Positions 35,750-45,243 are shown, numbered from the stretch's first letter. The stretch is 64,000 nucleotides of DNA from Deltaproteobacteria bacterium (GCA_040218735.1 JAVJQW010000041.1:32001-96000); one strand, 5' to 3'. Made by a program: numbers and translations. Notes: generated by a model from the letters alone, not told the origin.

Positions 35750-37645
35750 GTGACGGGAATCAAGAAAGACGTCCAGGCGAAGCTCGCGAGCGCGGGCCTC
35801 ACCGAGAAACACCTCGAAGAACCGGGGGCGCACGTCCTCGTCACCGACGGCGACGACCTGCACGTCCTCGTGCCGAAGTCCGAGGCGCACGCGGGGATCG
35901 ACAAGCTCGAGGCGGAGGTCGTCGGGCACCGTGGCGTCATCGACGTCACCGAGGCCGCCGAGTACGACATGGGCGAGCTCGGCGTGTGGCGCGACTTCGT
36001 CGTGTCGGATCTGCGCGGGGCTCAGCTCAACAAACTCGCCGCGAAGGGGACCGAGCTGCGGCTGTTTGCGCCCGACGTGGACGGGGACCCCTCGTTCTAC
36101 GCGTCGGTGGATCTCGCGTTTGCGATGATGGAGGTCGTTGGGCGCGAGCTGCTCGCGGTGCGTCCGATCCCCGCGGGGGTGCGCGACGGGAAGAACTTCG
36201 TCGAGGTGACGCCGAAGCAGCGGCAGGTGCTGCACGCGCTCCTCGGCCGGTGGGTGGACGACACGATCCCCGACCACAAACTCCTGGACGCCGCGCAGGC
36301 CTGGAGTTCGCTGCAGGCGGAGGTGTTCGATACCGGTGTCGTTGGCGCGCGGGCCCTCGGGTTGGTCCCGGGGCGGACCGCGGCGCCGCGCCCCGACGCG
36401 CTGTCGTCGGCGGACGGCGAGGGCGCGCACGGGATGGCCGCGGCGACGGTGAAGTACCTCGCCGAGTCCGGCGTGGACGTTCCGGACGCGGTCGACATCA
36501 CGTGGGCGGAGGCGACGATCGACGCGCTGCCGAACGACGTGCCGGAGCCGGTCGCGATGGACGTGCGCAACCTCCTCGGGCGGCTGCACGACGCGAAGGA
36601 TGCGGAGGCCGCGGCGCTGTTCGGGATGGACGAGGCGGTCGAGCCCGCGCCCGCGGAGCACTCCGGCCAGACGCGGTTCGCGCAGAGCGTAGAGCGGAGG
36701 TTGTCGCAGCTCTCGAAGGGGCTCGAAGGGTACGGCGTGCCAGCCGCGACGCAGAAGCGCCTCGCCGAGCAGCTCGCTTCGGCGATCGAGCCCAACCGCA
36801 ACCCGAGCCTGATCATCGTCGCGGGTGAGCGCGGGTCGGCGGGGAAGCCGGTATTCGATCTCGCGGTGTCGATCGTCGGCAAGCAGGCGCTCGAGGTGCA
36901 CGGTTCGGATCTCGCCGAGCCCGGGTGGTCGCTCCTGTTCGGACACAACAACGGCTTCCCCACCGAGGGCGACGCGTGGTTGTCGCAATCGAACCTCGAG
37001 AAACACCGCGAGACACCCGCCGACCACGTGCCGGTGGTGATCTCGAACCTTGCGGCGGCGGGCTCTGCGGAGCCGGACGACAAGGCGTTCCACCAGCGTG
37101 ACCTGATGGCGCGCATCGCGGAGTGGACGGGCACCGGAACGGTGAACGTCTTCGCGAAGGACGACGCCGGCGCGGCGAAGCAGTCCACGACGAAGCTCAC
37201 GAACACCGTCTTCATGGTGCGGTGGGAAGGCTCGCAGCAGGAGCTCGCCGAGGTGCTGAAGGGCGCTCCGGAGACGGCGGGGCTCGCGTCGCGGGTGATC
37301 GGCTTGGAGCCGTACGCGCCGGGCGATGCGGTGCACGCGCTCGTGCAGGAGGTGACGAACGACCTCGCGCAGCACTTTGGTCCACAGGGCTGCACGATCA
37401 CGCTCGACGCGGGTGTGGAGCGGGCGATCACCTCGGCGATGAAGTCGCTCGGGCCCGCGGCGGGGCGTGACCTGTTCTTCGAGCAGATGCGTCGCGAGGT
37501 GCGGGACGCCGTGGCGTCGCAGCCGTCGACGGCCTACACGCTGTCGATCAGCAAACGTCTGACGACGAAGGAGCAGGAGGGCCTCGCGCGCGGTCAGGCG
37601 CCGCAGGGTGTCGTGCCGCGTTGGTTCGGCGTACAGTCCGCCTGA
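35750..37645 (+). CDS. Inactive Clp-D2-like AAA+ domain protein, paralog of 32084..34993
   Basis: PSLIIVAGERGSAGK, SLLFGHNNGF, NTVFMV and ITLDAGVERAI. Shares N- and C-terminal motifs with the 32084 protein. Confidence 0.6.
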   Translation: MTGIKKDVQAKLASAGLTEKHLEEPGAHVLVTDGDDLHVLVPKSEAHAGIDKLEAEVVGHRGVIDVTEAAEYDMGELGVWRDFVVSDLRGAQLNKLAAKGTELRLFAPDVDGDPSFYASVDLAFAMMEVVGRELLAVRPIPAGVRDGKNFVEVTPKQRQVLHALLGRWVDDTIPDHKLLDAAQAWSSLQAEVFDTGVVGARALGLVPGRTAAPRPDALSSADGEGAHGMAAATVKYLAESGVDVPDAVDITWAEATIDALPNDVPEPVAMDVRNLLGRLHDAKDAEAAALFGMDEAVEPAPAEHSGQTRFAQSVERRLSQLSKGLEGYGVPAATQKRLAEQLASAIEPNRNPSLIIVAGERGSAGKPVFDLAVSIVGKQALEVHGSDLAEPGWSLLFGHNNGFPTEGDAWLSQSNLEKHRETPADHVPVVISNLAAAGSAEPDDKAFHQRDLMARIAEWTGTGTVNVFAKDDAGAAKQSTTKLTNTVFMVRWEGSQQELAEVLKGAPETAGLASRVIGLEPYAPGDAVHALVQEVTNDLAQHFGPQGCTITLDAGVERAITSAMKSLGPAAGRDLFFEQMRREVRDAVASQPSTAYTLSISKRLTTKEQEGLARGQAPQGVVPRWFGVQSA

Positions 37646-37646
37646 A

Positions 37647-38654
37647 GTGGACCTCGACCGCGAGCCGCTCGCCATCTCCGTCGTCGAGCACGACGACACC
37701 GGCCGGGTGTCCTTCTCGGACGTCCCGGACCGGCTGATCCCCGCGTTGGTCGAGGCGTTCGGCGAGGAGCGCGTCGCGCGCGCGATTCACCCTTCGGACC
37801 CGGAGCGAGCGTTCTGGATGTCGCTGCCGGTGATGCCGAAGCGCACGCCGTGGCCGCGCTTCAAGAAGCTCTTCAAGAACGGCGAGCTCGAAAAACGCGT
37901 GCGTTCGATCGGCGAGGTGCGGCCCGCGCCTTACTTCATGACGGCCATCAACCTCTCGGACGAGCCGGTGCTCGGGAAGACCGGCGTCGTCTACTTCGTG
38001 TGCAAGAAGGGTTGCCACTTCTGCCAGTACCGCGACTTCGAGGAGCACACCGTCGACCCGGAGGGCCTCGCGCGTCGGATGCTCGCGCTCCAGGCGGGTG
38101 GCGCGGACAACGTGCAGTTCCTTTCACCGACGGCGTACACGAAGGCGATCGTCGTCGCGATCTACCTCGCGGCGCAGCGCGGCTTCTCGCTGCCGATCGT
38201 GCACAAGAGCGAGGGCGAGGACTCGCCGGAGGACCTCGCGCTGCTGGACGGGCTCGTCGACGTCTACGTGCCGGACGCGAAGTTCATGAGCCCGGACTGG
38301 TCGGCGCGCATCGGGTTGCCGGCCACGTACCCGGCGCGCATGCAGGCTTGCATCCAGGAGATGTACCGGCAGGTTGGCCCGCTCACGCGGCGCGCAGAGG
38401 ATTCGATCCTCCACGGCTCGGGGGTGTTGGTGCGCCACTTGTTGATGCCCCACGGGGTGCCCGAGATGCGCGAGGTGCTCACGTTCGTGAAGTCGATCGA
38501 CGAGCGCCTCCCCGCCCACATCATGACCGGTTACGAACCGCTGCACGACGCGGCGAACGTGGAGGGCATCGACCGGCCCGTCACGCCGGGGGAGATCCAC
38601 GCCGCCACGCAGGCGGCGCGGAAGGTGAACCTCGAGTTCTCGATCGTGCGGTGA
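37647..38654 (+). CDS. PflX-like radical SAM protein
   Basis: CKKGCHFC (CxxxCxxC), LQAGGADNVQFLSPT, LLDGLVDVYVPDAKF, EMYRQVG and GVLVRHLLMP. GTG at 37647 is 1 nt after the upstream stop. Confidence 0.85.
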   Translation: MDLDREPLAISVVEHDDTGRVSFSDVPDRLIPALVEAFGEERVARAIHPSDPERAFWMSLPVMPKRTPWPRFKKLFKNGELEKRVRSIGEVRPAPYFMTAINLSDEPVLGKTGVVYFVCKKGCHFCQYRDFEEHTVDPEGLARRMLALQAGGADNVQFLSPTAYTKAIVVAIYLAAQRGFSLPIVHKSEGEDSPEDLALLDGLVDVYVPDAKFMSPDWSARIGLPATYPARMQACIQEMYRQVGPLTRRAEDSILHGSGVLVRHLLMPHGVPEMREVLTFVKSIDERLPAHIMTGYEPLHDAANVEGIDRPVTPGEIHAATQAARKVNLEFSIVR

Positions 38655-38657
38655 GCC

Positions 38658-39317
38658 TCACCAGGGGAGCGCTTCACCGTTGGCGTGGAAGAACGTGCCG
38701 CTCGACTCCATCGACAACGCGTCGAAGCGTTCGATCAACCCGCGCGCCGACTCTTCCGGCGTGACGTTGCCGCTGCCGCCCGTCATCTCGGTCTGAACGA
38801 ACCCGGGGTGGAGGAGGCCGACGGCGATGCCGCGCGGGCGGAGGTCGTGCGCCAGCGAGCGGCCGACCATGTTCACGGCCGCCTTGGACATGCGGTAGCC
38901 GTACATTCCGCCGGAGGTGTTGTCGGCGAGCGAACCCATGCGGCTGGTGACGATCGCGACCTTCGCGCCTTCTTTGAGTCGGGGGAGGAGCGCGACGGTC
39001 ATGCGCAGCGGGCCGATCGCGTTGACCTCGAACTGTTCGCGGATGCCGACGAGGTCGATCGCGCCCAGGCCGTCGGGCCGGAGGATGCCGGCGTTGTTGA
39101 ACAGCCCGTCGAGCTGGACGTCGGCGATGCGATCGGCGAGGACGTCGGCGCCGTCGTCAGCGACGTCGATTCCGCCCTCGACGCGGCAGCCGACCGCCTT
39201 CAGGCCGTCGGAGGGGGTGCGGCAGGCGGCGATGACTTCGTCGCCGCGCGCGGTGAGTTGCCGGGTGATTTCGAGGCCGATGCCGCGGTTGGCGCCGGTG
39301 ACCAGGATTGTCGCCAT
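38658..39317 (-). CDS. Short-chain dehydrogenase/reductase (CsgA/sniffer-like subfamily)
   Basis: TGANRGIG, NNAG, YRMSK catalytic motif and HPGFVQTEM. Confidence 0.9.
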   Translation of the reverse strand: MATILVTGANRGIGLEITRQLTARGDEVIAACRTPSDGLKAVGCRVEGGIDVADDGADVLADRIADVQLDGLFNNAGILRPDGLGAIDLVGIREQFEVNAIGPLRMTVALLPRLKEGAKVAIVTSRMGSLADNTSGGMYGYRMSKAAVNMVGRSLAHDLRPRGIAVGLLHPGFVQTEMTGGSGNVTPEESARGLIERFDALSMESSGTFFHANGEALPW

Positions 39318-39349
39318 GCGCGAATCGTGACGGGCGTCGGCGTGGGTGT

Positions 39350-40684
39350 CTACTCCTCGGGGCTGAGGCCGTAGCGTTTGAGTTTGTCGAGGAGCGTGAC
39401 GCGTCCGACGCCGAGCGCGCGTGCGGCCTCCGATCGGTTCCAGCCCGTGCGTTCCAGCTCTGCGAGGATCAAGCCGCGTTCGTACGCGTCGACGCGGGCC
39501 TTGAGCGTGAGCGGGGTTTCGGCGCCGGTGTCGACGCCGAGGTCTTCGATCAGGTCGTCGCTCGCCAGCGCGACGAGGCGTTCGACTTCGTTCTCCAGCT
39601 CGCGGACGTTGCCCTTGTAGCTGCCGGCCATCAGGCGCGCGCGCGCGTGGGGGCCGAGGCGGGCATTCTTGAGGCCGAAGCGGTTCGCGTAGCGTTTCAC
39701 GAAGTGTTCGATGAGCGGCTCCAGGTCCTCCGGGCGTTCCCGGAGCGGGGGGAGCGCGATCTGGACGACGTCGAGCCGGTAGAAGAGGTCTTCGCGGAAG
39801 TCACCGGCCTTCACGCGGGCTGCGAGGTCGGCGTGGGTGGCGGCGATGATACGGACGTCGACCTTTCGGGGTTGGTCGTCGCCGACCGCGCGGACCTCGC
39901 CGGCCTGGAGCGTGCGGAGCAACTTGCCTTGCACGGACAGATCGAGCTCCGCGATCTCGTCGAGGACCAACGTGCCGCCGTCGGCGCGACCGAACAGACC
40001 TTCGCGCCGACGTACCGCGCCGGTGAACGCACCCTCCGAGTGACCGAACATCTCGTCCTCCGCGACCTCGCGGGGGAGGGCGGCGCAGTTGAACTTCACG
40101 AACGGGGCGTCCCGACGCCCGCTCGTGGCGACGAGCGCGTCGGCGACGAGCTCCTTGCCGGTGCCGCTCTCGCCGTGGATGAGCACCGTAACGTCCTTGG
40201 GGCCGACGCGCTCCACGACCTCCGCGATGCGGCGCATCTTCTCGGAGCGGAAGATCATGTGCTGGCTCAGGTGGAGCGCCGCGCGGAGCCGGCGGTTCTC
40301 GTGCACGAGCCGCGCGGTCTCGGTGGCGCGGGTGACGACGCGCGCGACGTCGTCCACGTCGAACGGCTTGGGGAAGTAGTCGAAGGCGCCGTTCTTCATC
40401 GCCTCGACGGCGGCGGACTCGGAGCCGTGCGCAGTGATCATCACGACCTTGATCCCCGGGTGCAGATCGACGGCGTGTCTCAGCACCGCCATGCCGTCGG
40501 CGCGCGGCATCCTGAGGTCCGTGATCACGAGGTCGACCGGGCCTTCGTCGAGGCGTTCGATCGCGGCCTGACCGTCGGCCGCTTCCTCGACCGCGACGTC
40601 GAGCTCTTCGAGCACTTCACGCAGCGTGAAGCGGACCCCGTCGTCGTCGTCGACGAGCAGCACCGTGGGGTGGTCCTTCGACAT
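39350..40684 (-). CDS. Sigma54-dependent response regulator (NtrC family)
   Basis: REC domain (LLVDDD, TDLRMP, KPF), GESGTGKE, GAFTGA, FREDLFYRL and C-terminal Fis HTH (NRSEAARALGV). Confidence 0.93.
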   Translation of the reverse strand: MSKDHPTVLLVDDDDGVRFTLREVLEELDVAVEEAADGQAAIERLDEGPVDLVITDLRMPRADGMAVLRHAVDLHPGIKVVMITAHGSESAAVEAMKNGAFDYFPKPFDVDDVARVVTRATETARLVHENRRLRAALHLSQHMIFRSEKMRRIAEVVERVGPKDVTVLIHGESGTGKELVADALVATSGRRDAPFVKFNCAALPREVAEDEMFGHSEGAFTGAVRRREGLFGRADGGTLVLDEIAELDLSVQGKLLRTLQAGEVRAVGDDQPRKVDVRIIAATHADLAARVKAGDFREDLFYRLDVVQIALPPLRERPEDLEPLIEHFVKRYANRFGLKNARLGPHARARLMAGSYKGNVRELENEVERLVALASDDLIEDLGVDTGAETPLTLKARVDAYERGLILAELERTGWNRSEAARALGVGRVTLLDKLKRYGLSPEE

Positions 40685-40689
40685 CGTGC

Positions 40690-42063
40690 CTACTCTACCC
40701 GCGCTCGCTTCACGGGGAGAACCAGCGCGGCCTCCAGGCCGCCGGCCTCGAGGTTCGCGAGGCGGAGGGTCCCGCCGTGTTGCTCGGCGATCGTCCTCGC
40801 GACGGCGAGGCCGATCCCGCTGCCCTGGGGTTTGGTGGTGGCGCCGATCTGGGTCGCGCGGCCGATGAGGTCGTCGGACATCCCGGGCCCTTCGTCGCGC
40901 ACGCCGACCGTGAGGACGTCGCCCTGGCTTTCGACGAACCACCGGACCGAAGCGTCGGCCGGGGTGGCGTCGATCGCGTTCATGAGGAGGTTGGTCAGCG
41001 CCTGTCCGAGCTTGCGGGGGTCGGCCTCGACTTCACCGATCACTTCGGGCGCGTCGATCGTAACGGACTGCTCGGCGGCGAACCCTTCGTGCAGCGACGT
41101 GAGCTCGGTGAGGAGTTCGCCCAGGTCGACGAGCTCCACGGTCAGCTCGCCGAGGGGGCGCGAGAAGTTGAGGAACTCGTCGAGGATGCTGCGGGTCCGG
41201 TCGAGCTCGCGCTCCAGGACCTCGAAGCGGCGCTCGCTGTTCTTCCCGCCGCGGCGGAGGAGCTGCACGAGGCCCTGCACCGACGCCAGCGGGTTCTTGA
41301 GCTCGTGGGCGATCGCTCCGGAGAGGTGCACGAGCTCGCGGTTGCGATCGGCGAGCGCGTTGACGGTCGCCTGGCGGGCGTCGATGGCGTCGTCGAGCAT
41401 TTGGTCCACCGTGCGCGACACGATCGTCCCGACCCGGATGAGGACGCCGCAGAGCGTCGACACCACGAAGCCGTAGGTGACCAGGAACCGCGGCCCCAGC
41501 GGGTCGAGCTCCAGGAACAACGGCGACAGCCGAGGCCACCAGCCGAAGATGGCGCCGAGGACCATCGTCCAGACGAGCCCCCACAGCGTGAGGATGAGGC
41601 CGACGCGGCCGCGTGTCTCGAGCACCACGCCGCCCACCAGGGAGATGACGCTGTAGATCGCGAGGAACGGGCTCTCGGCGCCGCCCGTGATCAGGATGAC
41701 CGACGACTGGATGACGACGCCGAACGCGAGGTCGACGCTGATGCTGGAGAGGACGAAGTCGCGGCCCCGGGCGATCCGGAGGAGATCGAAGACCGCGATC
41801 GGTGTGAAGACCAGCACCGCCCCGGCGACGAGCCAGCCCGGCCAGTCGAGCCGTTGAGTCAGCGCGAGCGTGACGATCAGCAGCACCGCGAGGGTGAGCC
41901 CGGCGGCGCGCGCGCGGGTGAGGCTGCGGATGATCCGGCCGACCTCGCGACGCCGAAGCGCGTTCTTCGTGAGCTCCGCCGGCGACACCGTGGGAGGCAG
42001 GTGCGAAATTCGTTCCGGATCGTCGAGCGACGCGAGGCTCGTGGCGTCCGCACGCTCCGACAT
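40690..42063 (-). CDS. Membrane sensor histidine kinase
   Basis: About 6 TM helices, H-box AHELKNPL, N-box NLLMNA, DEGPG and GSGIGL. Confidence 0.92.
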   Translation of the reverse strand: MSERADATSLASLDDPERISHLPPTVSPAELTKNALRRREVGRIIRSLTRARAAGLTLAVLLIVTLALTQRLDWPGWLVAGAVLVFTPIAVFDLLRIARGRDFVLSSISVDLAFGVVIQSSVILITGGAESPFLAIYSVISLVGGVVLETRGRVGLILTLWGLVWTMVLGAIFGWWPRLSPLFLELDPLGPRFLVTYGFVVSTLCGVLIRVGTIVSRTVDQMLDDAIDARQATVNALADRNRELVHLSGAIAHELKNPLASVQGLVQLLRRGGKNSERRFEVLERELDRTRSILDEFLNFSRPLGELTVELVDLGELLTELTSLHEGFAAEQSVTIDAPEVIGEVEADPRKLGQALTNLLMNAIDATPADASVRWFVESQGDVLTVGVRDEGPGMSDDLIGRATQIGATTKPQGSGIGLAVARTIAEQHGGTLRLANLEAGGLEAALVLPVKRARVE

Positions 42064-42082
42064 GCCTCGGGTCTAGCGCGCC

Positions 42083-42130
42083 TGTCGGATTTTCTACAGG
42101 CGCCGCGCGCCAGCGGTCGGGACCTCTACA
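42083..42130. promoter_or_regulatory. Tandem bEBP upstream activating sequences
   Basis: TGT-CGGATTTTCT-ACA (42083-98) and GGT-CGGGACCTCT-ACA (42115-30), 32 bp apart. Confidence 0.55.
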
Positions 42131-42160
42131 GGTTCGCGGCACGCCGCGCCGCGCCGTGGC

Positions 42161-42176
42161 TGGCCCCGAAGTTGCG
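42161..42176 (+). promoter_or_regulatory. Sigma54 -24/-12 promoter
   Basis: TGGCCCCGAAGTTGCG has exact GG-N10-GC spacing. It is divergent from an NtrC-family regulator. Confidence 0.6.
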
Positions 42177-42194
42177 AAGGAGGGGGGCGTGACG

Positions 42195-43469
42195 ATGACT
42201 TCCTCCCTCCTGGCCGCGCTGGTCGCGGCCGCGCCGCTCACGATGCAGAGCGCCGTCGAAGAGGCGCTCTCGAGCTCCCCCGAGCTGAAGGCCGCGACCC
42301 ACCGGAGCGCCTCGGCTGAGGCCGCTGTGGACCAAGCGTCCTCCGCGTACCTGCCGCGGGTGTCGGTCCAGGCGCAGTACGTAGCGCGCGCTCCGAAGAA
42401 CCAGCTGCCCATCGAGCTCCCCCCGATCCCCGGCCTCGAGCCGGTCGGGGACATCGACGACATCCACCACGTGAACGCGGACCTCGTGCTCGGCTACCGC
42501 GTCCTCGATCTGTCGCGCGGTGCGCGCGCCGACGCCGCCGAAGCGAAGGTCCAGGCGGCCCGCGCCGACACCGACACGGCGAAGGCGCAGCTCGCGTTCG
42601 GCGTGCGAGCGAATTTCCTTGCGGCACTCTACGCCCGGGACGTCGAGAAGATCGCGACCGCGTCGCTCGTCGTCGCCGAGAGCGACGCGAAGCGTATCGC
42701 GTTGCGCACCGAGGCGGGCGTCGAGAGTGACGTCGCCCTCGCGCAGTCGCGCGTCCGCGTCGCGGAGCTGTCGGCGCAGCTCGCTCGCGCGAAGAACGAA
42801 CGCAGGCGCTACGCCGAGCAGCTGATGGTGCTGCTCGGTCGCGAAGCGCCTCCCGAGGTGACCGGGGACCTCGCCGCCCTCGCGGCGGGCTCCGCGCTCC
42901 CCGAGCTCGACAGCAACCCGCGGCTCACGAAGGCGCGCCACGAACGGAGCGCCGCGCTGTCGATGGCGAAGAGCGCGTCGCGCGGCATCGTCCCGACCGT
43001 CGACGTGTTCGGGACCATCGGCGTCGCCTACCCACGCGCGCTGCAGCTCGAGCTCGGCCCCGTCTACACGTTCGGCGTAAAGCTGGAGTGGCTCGCGTTC
43101 GACGGCGGGCTGCGCTCGGCGCAGGCGGACGGCTTCGAGAAGAACGCCGCCGCGGTCGAAGCGATGTCCGACGCCACGCGCCGGGAGCTGCTCCGTCGCC
43201 TCGCGCAGGTCGAGGCCAAGGAGGCTACGGCGCGCGCCGATCTCGAGTCCGCGTCACGCACGTTGGAGGAGACGAAGGTCTACCTGCGGGTCGCAAAGAC
43301 CGCGGTGTCCGCCGGCACCGGAACGGAGCTCGACGTGCACACCGCCGAGCTCGGCTTGGACCGCGCCAAGATGGCGATGAAGAAGGCCGAGCTCGACATC
43401 GCCCTCGCGCAGGCCGAGCGCCTCTTCGTCCACGGCGTCGCCGTCCAGACCTCAGGGAGCCACCCATGA
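42195..43469 (+). CDS. TolC family outer-membrane efflux protein
   Basis: Signal peptide, LTMQSAVEEAL..SPEL, YLPRVS and LEWLAFDGG. Start is ATG 42195 or GTG 42189. Confidence 0.85.
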   Translation: MTSSLLAALVAAAPLTMQSAVEEALSSSPELKAATHRSASAEAAVDQASSAYLPRVSVQAQYVARAPKNQLPIELPPIPGLEPVGDIDDIHHVNADLVLGYRVLDLSRGARADAAEAKVQAARADTDTAKAQLAFGVRANFLAALYARDVEKIATASLVVAESDAKRIALRTEAGVESDVALAQSRVRVAELSAQLARAKNERRRYAEQLMVLLGREAPPEVTGDLAALAAGSALPELDSNPRLTKARHERSAALSMAKSASRGIVPTVDVFGTIGVAYPRALQLELGPVYTFGVKLEWLAFDGGLRSAQADGFEKNAAAVEAMSDATRRELLRRLAQVEAKEATARADLESASRTLEETKVYLRVAKTAVSAGTGTELDVHTAELGLDRAKMAMKKAELDIALAQAERLFVHGVAVQTSGSHP

Positions 43470-44509
43470 AACGCATCATCGTCCCGTTCGTCCTCATCAG
43501 CTGCGCGATCGCCCTCGCGCTCTTCTTCAAGGTCCGCGACGACCGCGCGGCCACCGAGGGGCCCGCTGGGTCGTCGGGGATCGTCGAAGGCACCACGGTG
43601 GACGTCGCCGCTCGCCTCGCGGCTCGACTGGAATCCGTCGACGTCGTCGAAGGGCAGGCGGTGAAACGCGGCGACACGATCGCGACGCTCGCCTGCGACG
43701 AGCCCCGCGCGATGCTCGCCGCCGCGCAGGCCAAACACGACGCCGCGAAGCGTCAGGCCGACGCCGCCGCGGCGCAGGCCACCTCCGCGCTCGCCGCGAT
43801 CGACGCCGCGTCCGCGCAGGTCGGGGCGGCCGGCGCGCAGAAGGCCGCGGTGGAGGCGAACCAGGGGACGAGCGAGCGGCAGGTCCAGCGGCTCTCCAAG
43901 CTCGAAGGCTCCGGGGGCGCGACCGCGATGGATCTCGACCGTGCGAGCGCCGCCGCGACACAACTCTCGGAGCAGGTCCGCGCGCTCGACGCGCAGCTCC
44001 GCGCGGCGAAGGGGCAGGCGCGAGCGGCGAAGGGGCAGGCGGAGGCGGCGCGTGCGCAGGCCGAGGCGGCGAAGGTCGCGATCCTCGCGGCGCAGGCCGA
44101 TGTCGCTCGCGCCACGAGCGTCGTCGCGGAGTGCACGTTGGTGGCGCCGATGTCCGGCGTCGTTTCGATCCGAGCGTACGAGCCGGGCGAGGTCGTGCTC
44201 CCGGGTGCGCGGGTCGTCACGCTCGTGCAGCTCGATCAGGTCGAAGTCACCTTCTACGTCCCCAACCGCGACCTCGGAGCGGTGGAGGCGGGGCGCAGTG
44301 TGTCCATCGTGGCCGACGCGTACCCGGACGAGCAGTTCTCCGGGACGATCGCCCACGTCGCGGCCGAGGCCGAGTTCACGCCGCGCAACGTGCAGACCAA
44401 GGAAGACCGCGACCGCCTCGTCTACGCGGTGCGCGCGAAGCTCGAGAACTCGGACCATCGCCTGAGGCCCGGGATGCCGGTCGAAGTTCGGGTGGGAGGT
44501 GGCTCGTGA
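43466..44509 (+). CDS. HlyD family periplasmic adaptor (YbhG-like)
   Basis: V.EGQAVKRGDTIA, Ala-rich coiled coil, LVAPMSG, AEFTPRNVQT and LRPGMPVEV. Confidence 0.9.
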   Translation: MKRIIVPFVLISCAIALALFFKVRDDRAATEGPAGSSGIVEGTTVDVAARLAARLESVDVVEGQAVKRGDTIATLACDEPRAMLAAAQAKHDAAKRQADAAAAQATSALAAIDAASAQVGAAGAQKAAVEANQGTSERQVQRLSKLEGSGGATAMDLDRASAAATQLSEQVRALDAQLRAAKGQARAAKGQAEAARAQAEAAKVAILAAQADVARATSVVAECTLVAPMSGVVSIRAYEPGEVVLPGARVVTLVQLDQVEVTFYVPNRDLGAVEAGRSVSIVADAYPDEQFSGTIAHVAAEAEFTPRNVQTKEDRDRLVYAVRAKLENSDHRLRPGMPVEVRVGGGS

Positions 44510-45243
44510 GCGCGCTGATCGCCCAGGAGCTCGTGCGCACGTTCGGAAAGACCCGCGCGCTCGACGGCCTCTCCTTCGAGGTCGCCCCCGGCGAGCTCTA
44601 CGGCCTCGTCGGCCCGGACGGTGCGGGCAAGACCACGACGCTGAGGATCCTCGCCGGCGTCATGAAGCCGACCGACGGTGCCGCGTACGTGTTCGGCAAG
44701 GACCCGATGTCGACGGACGAACACGTGCGTTCGTCGATCGGCTACATGCCGCAGCAGTACAGCCTCTACGGTGATCTCTCGGTCGACGAGAACCTGCACT
44801 TCTTCTCGAAGATGTTCTGCCTGGATCGCGCGACCTACCAAGAGCGGCGGGAGCGTCTCCTCGGCATCACGCGCCTCGGTCGCTTCACCGACCGACGCGC
44901 CGACGCGCTCTCCGGCGGCATGTACAAGAAACTCGCGCTCGCCTGCTCGCTCCTGTCGCGCCCCGACGTCCTGATCCTCGACGAACCCACCAACGGCGTC
45001 GACCCGGTCAGCCGCCGCGAGCTGTGGGCGCTGCTCTTCGAGCTGGTGGAGGAGGGCATGGCGGTCATCGTCTCCACCGCGTACATGGACGAAGCCGAAC
45101 GCTGCCACCGCGTCGGGCTCCTCTTCGAAGGGCGCCTCCTCGTCGAAGGTGACCCCACCGCGCTCCTCGCCGACTACCGGCGCTCGCAACCCAGCGCCAC
45201 GTTCGAGGACGTCTTCCTCGCGACGGTCCGAGGTGCAGCGTGA
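44506..45243 (+). CDS. ABC transporter ATP-binding protein
   Basis: GPDGAGKTT, LSGGM, LILDEPT and STAYMDEAE. Confidence 0.92.
   Translation: MSALIAQELVRTFGKTRALDGLSFEVAPGELYGLVGPDGAGKTTTLRILAGVMKPTDGAAYVFGKDPMSTDEHVRSSIGYMPQQYSLYGDLSVDENLHFFSKMFCLDRATYQERRERLLGITRLGRFTDRRADALSGGMYKKLALACSLLSRPDVLILDEPTNGVDPVSRRELWALLFELVEEGMAVIVSTAYMDEAERCHRVGLLFEGRLLVEGDPTALLADYRRSQPSATFEDVFLATVRGAA

Noticed and set aside
27408-37699. Long antisense ORFs opposite the Clp and pseudo-Clp genes (925, 851 and 656 aa)
   Set aside because: Shadow frames with no motifs.
14646-38654. Prophage or integrative element
   Set aside because: No integrase, att repeats, tRNA, phage or conjugation genes were found at the borders.
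38658-39317. csgA (C-signal) assignment
   Set aside because: Only subfamily-level similarity. Such SDRs are widespread and orthology cannot be shown by eye.
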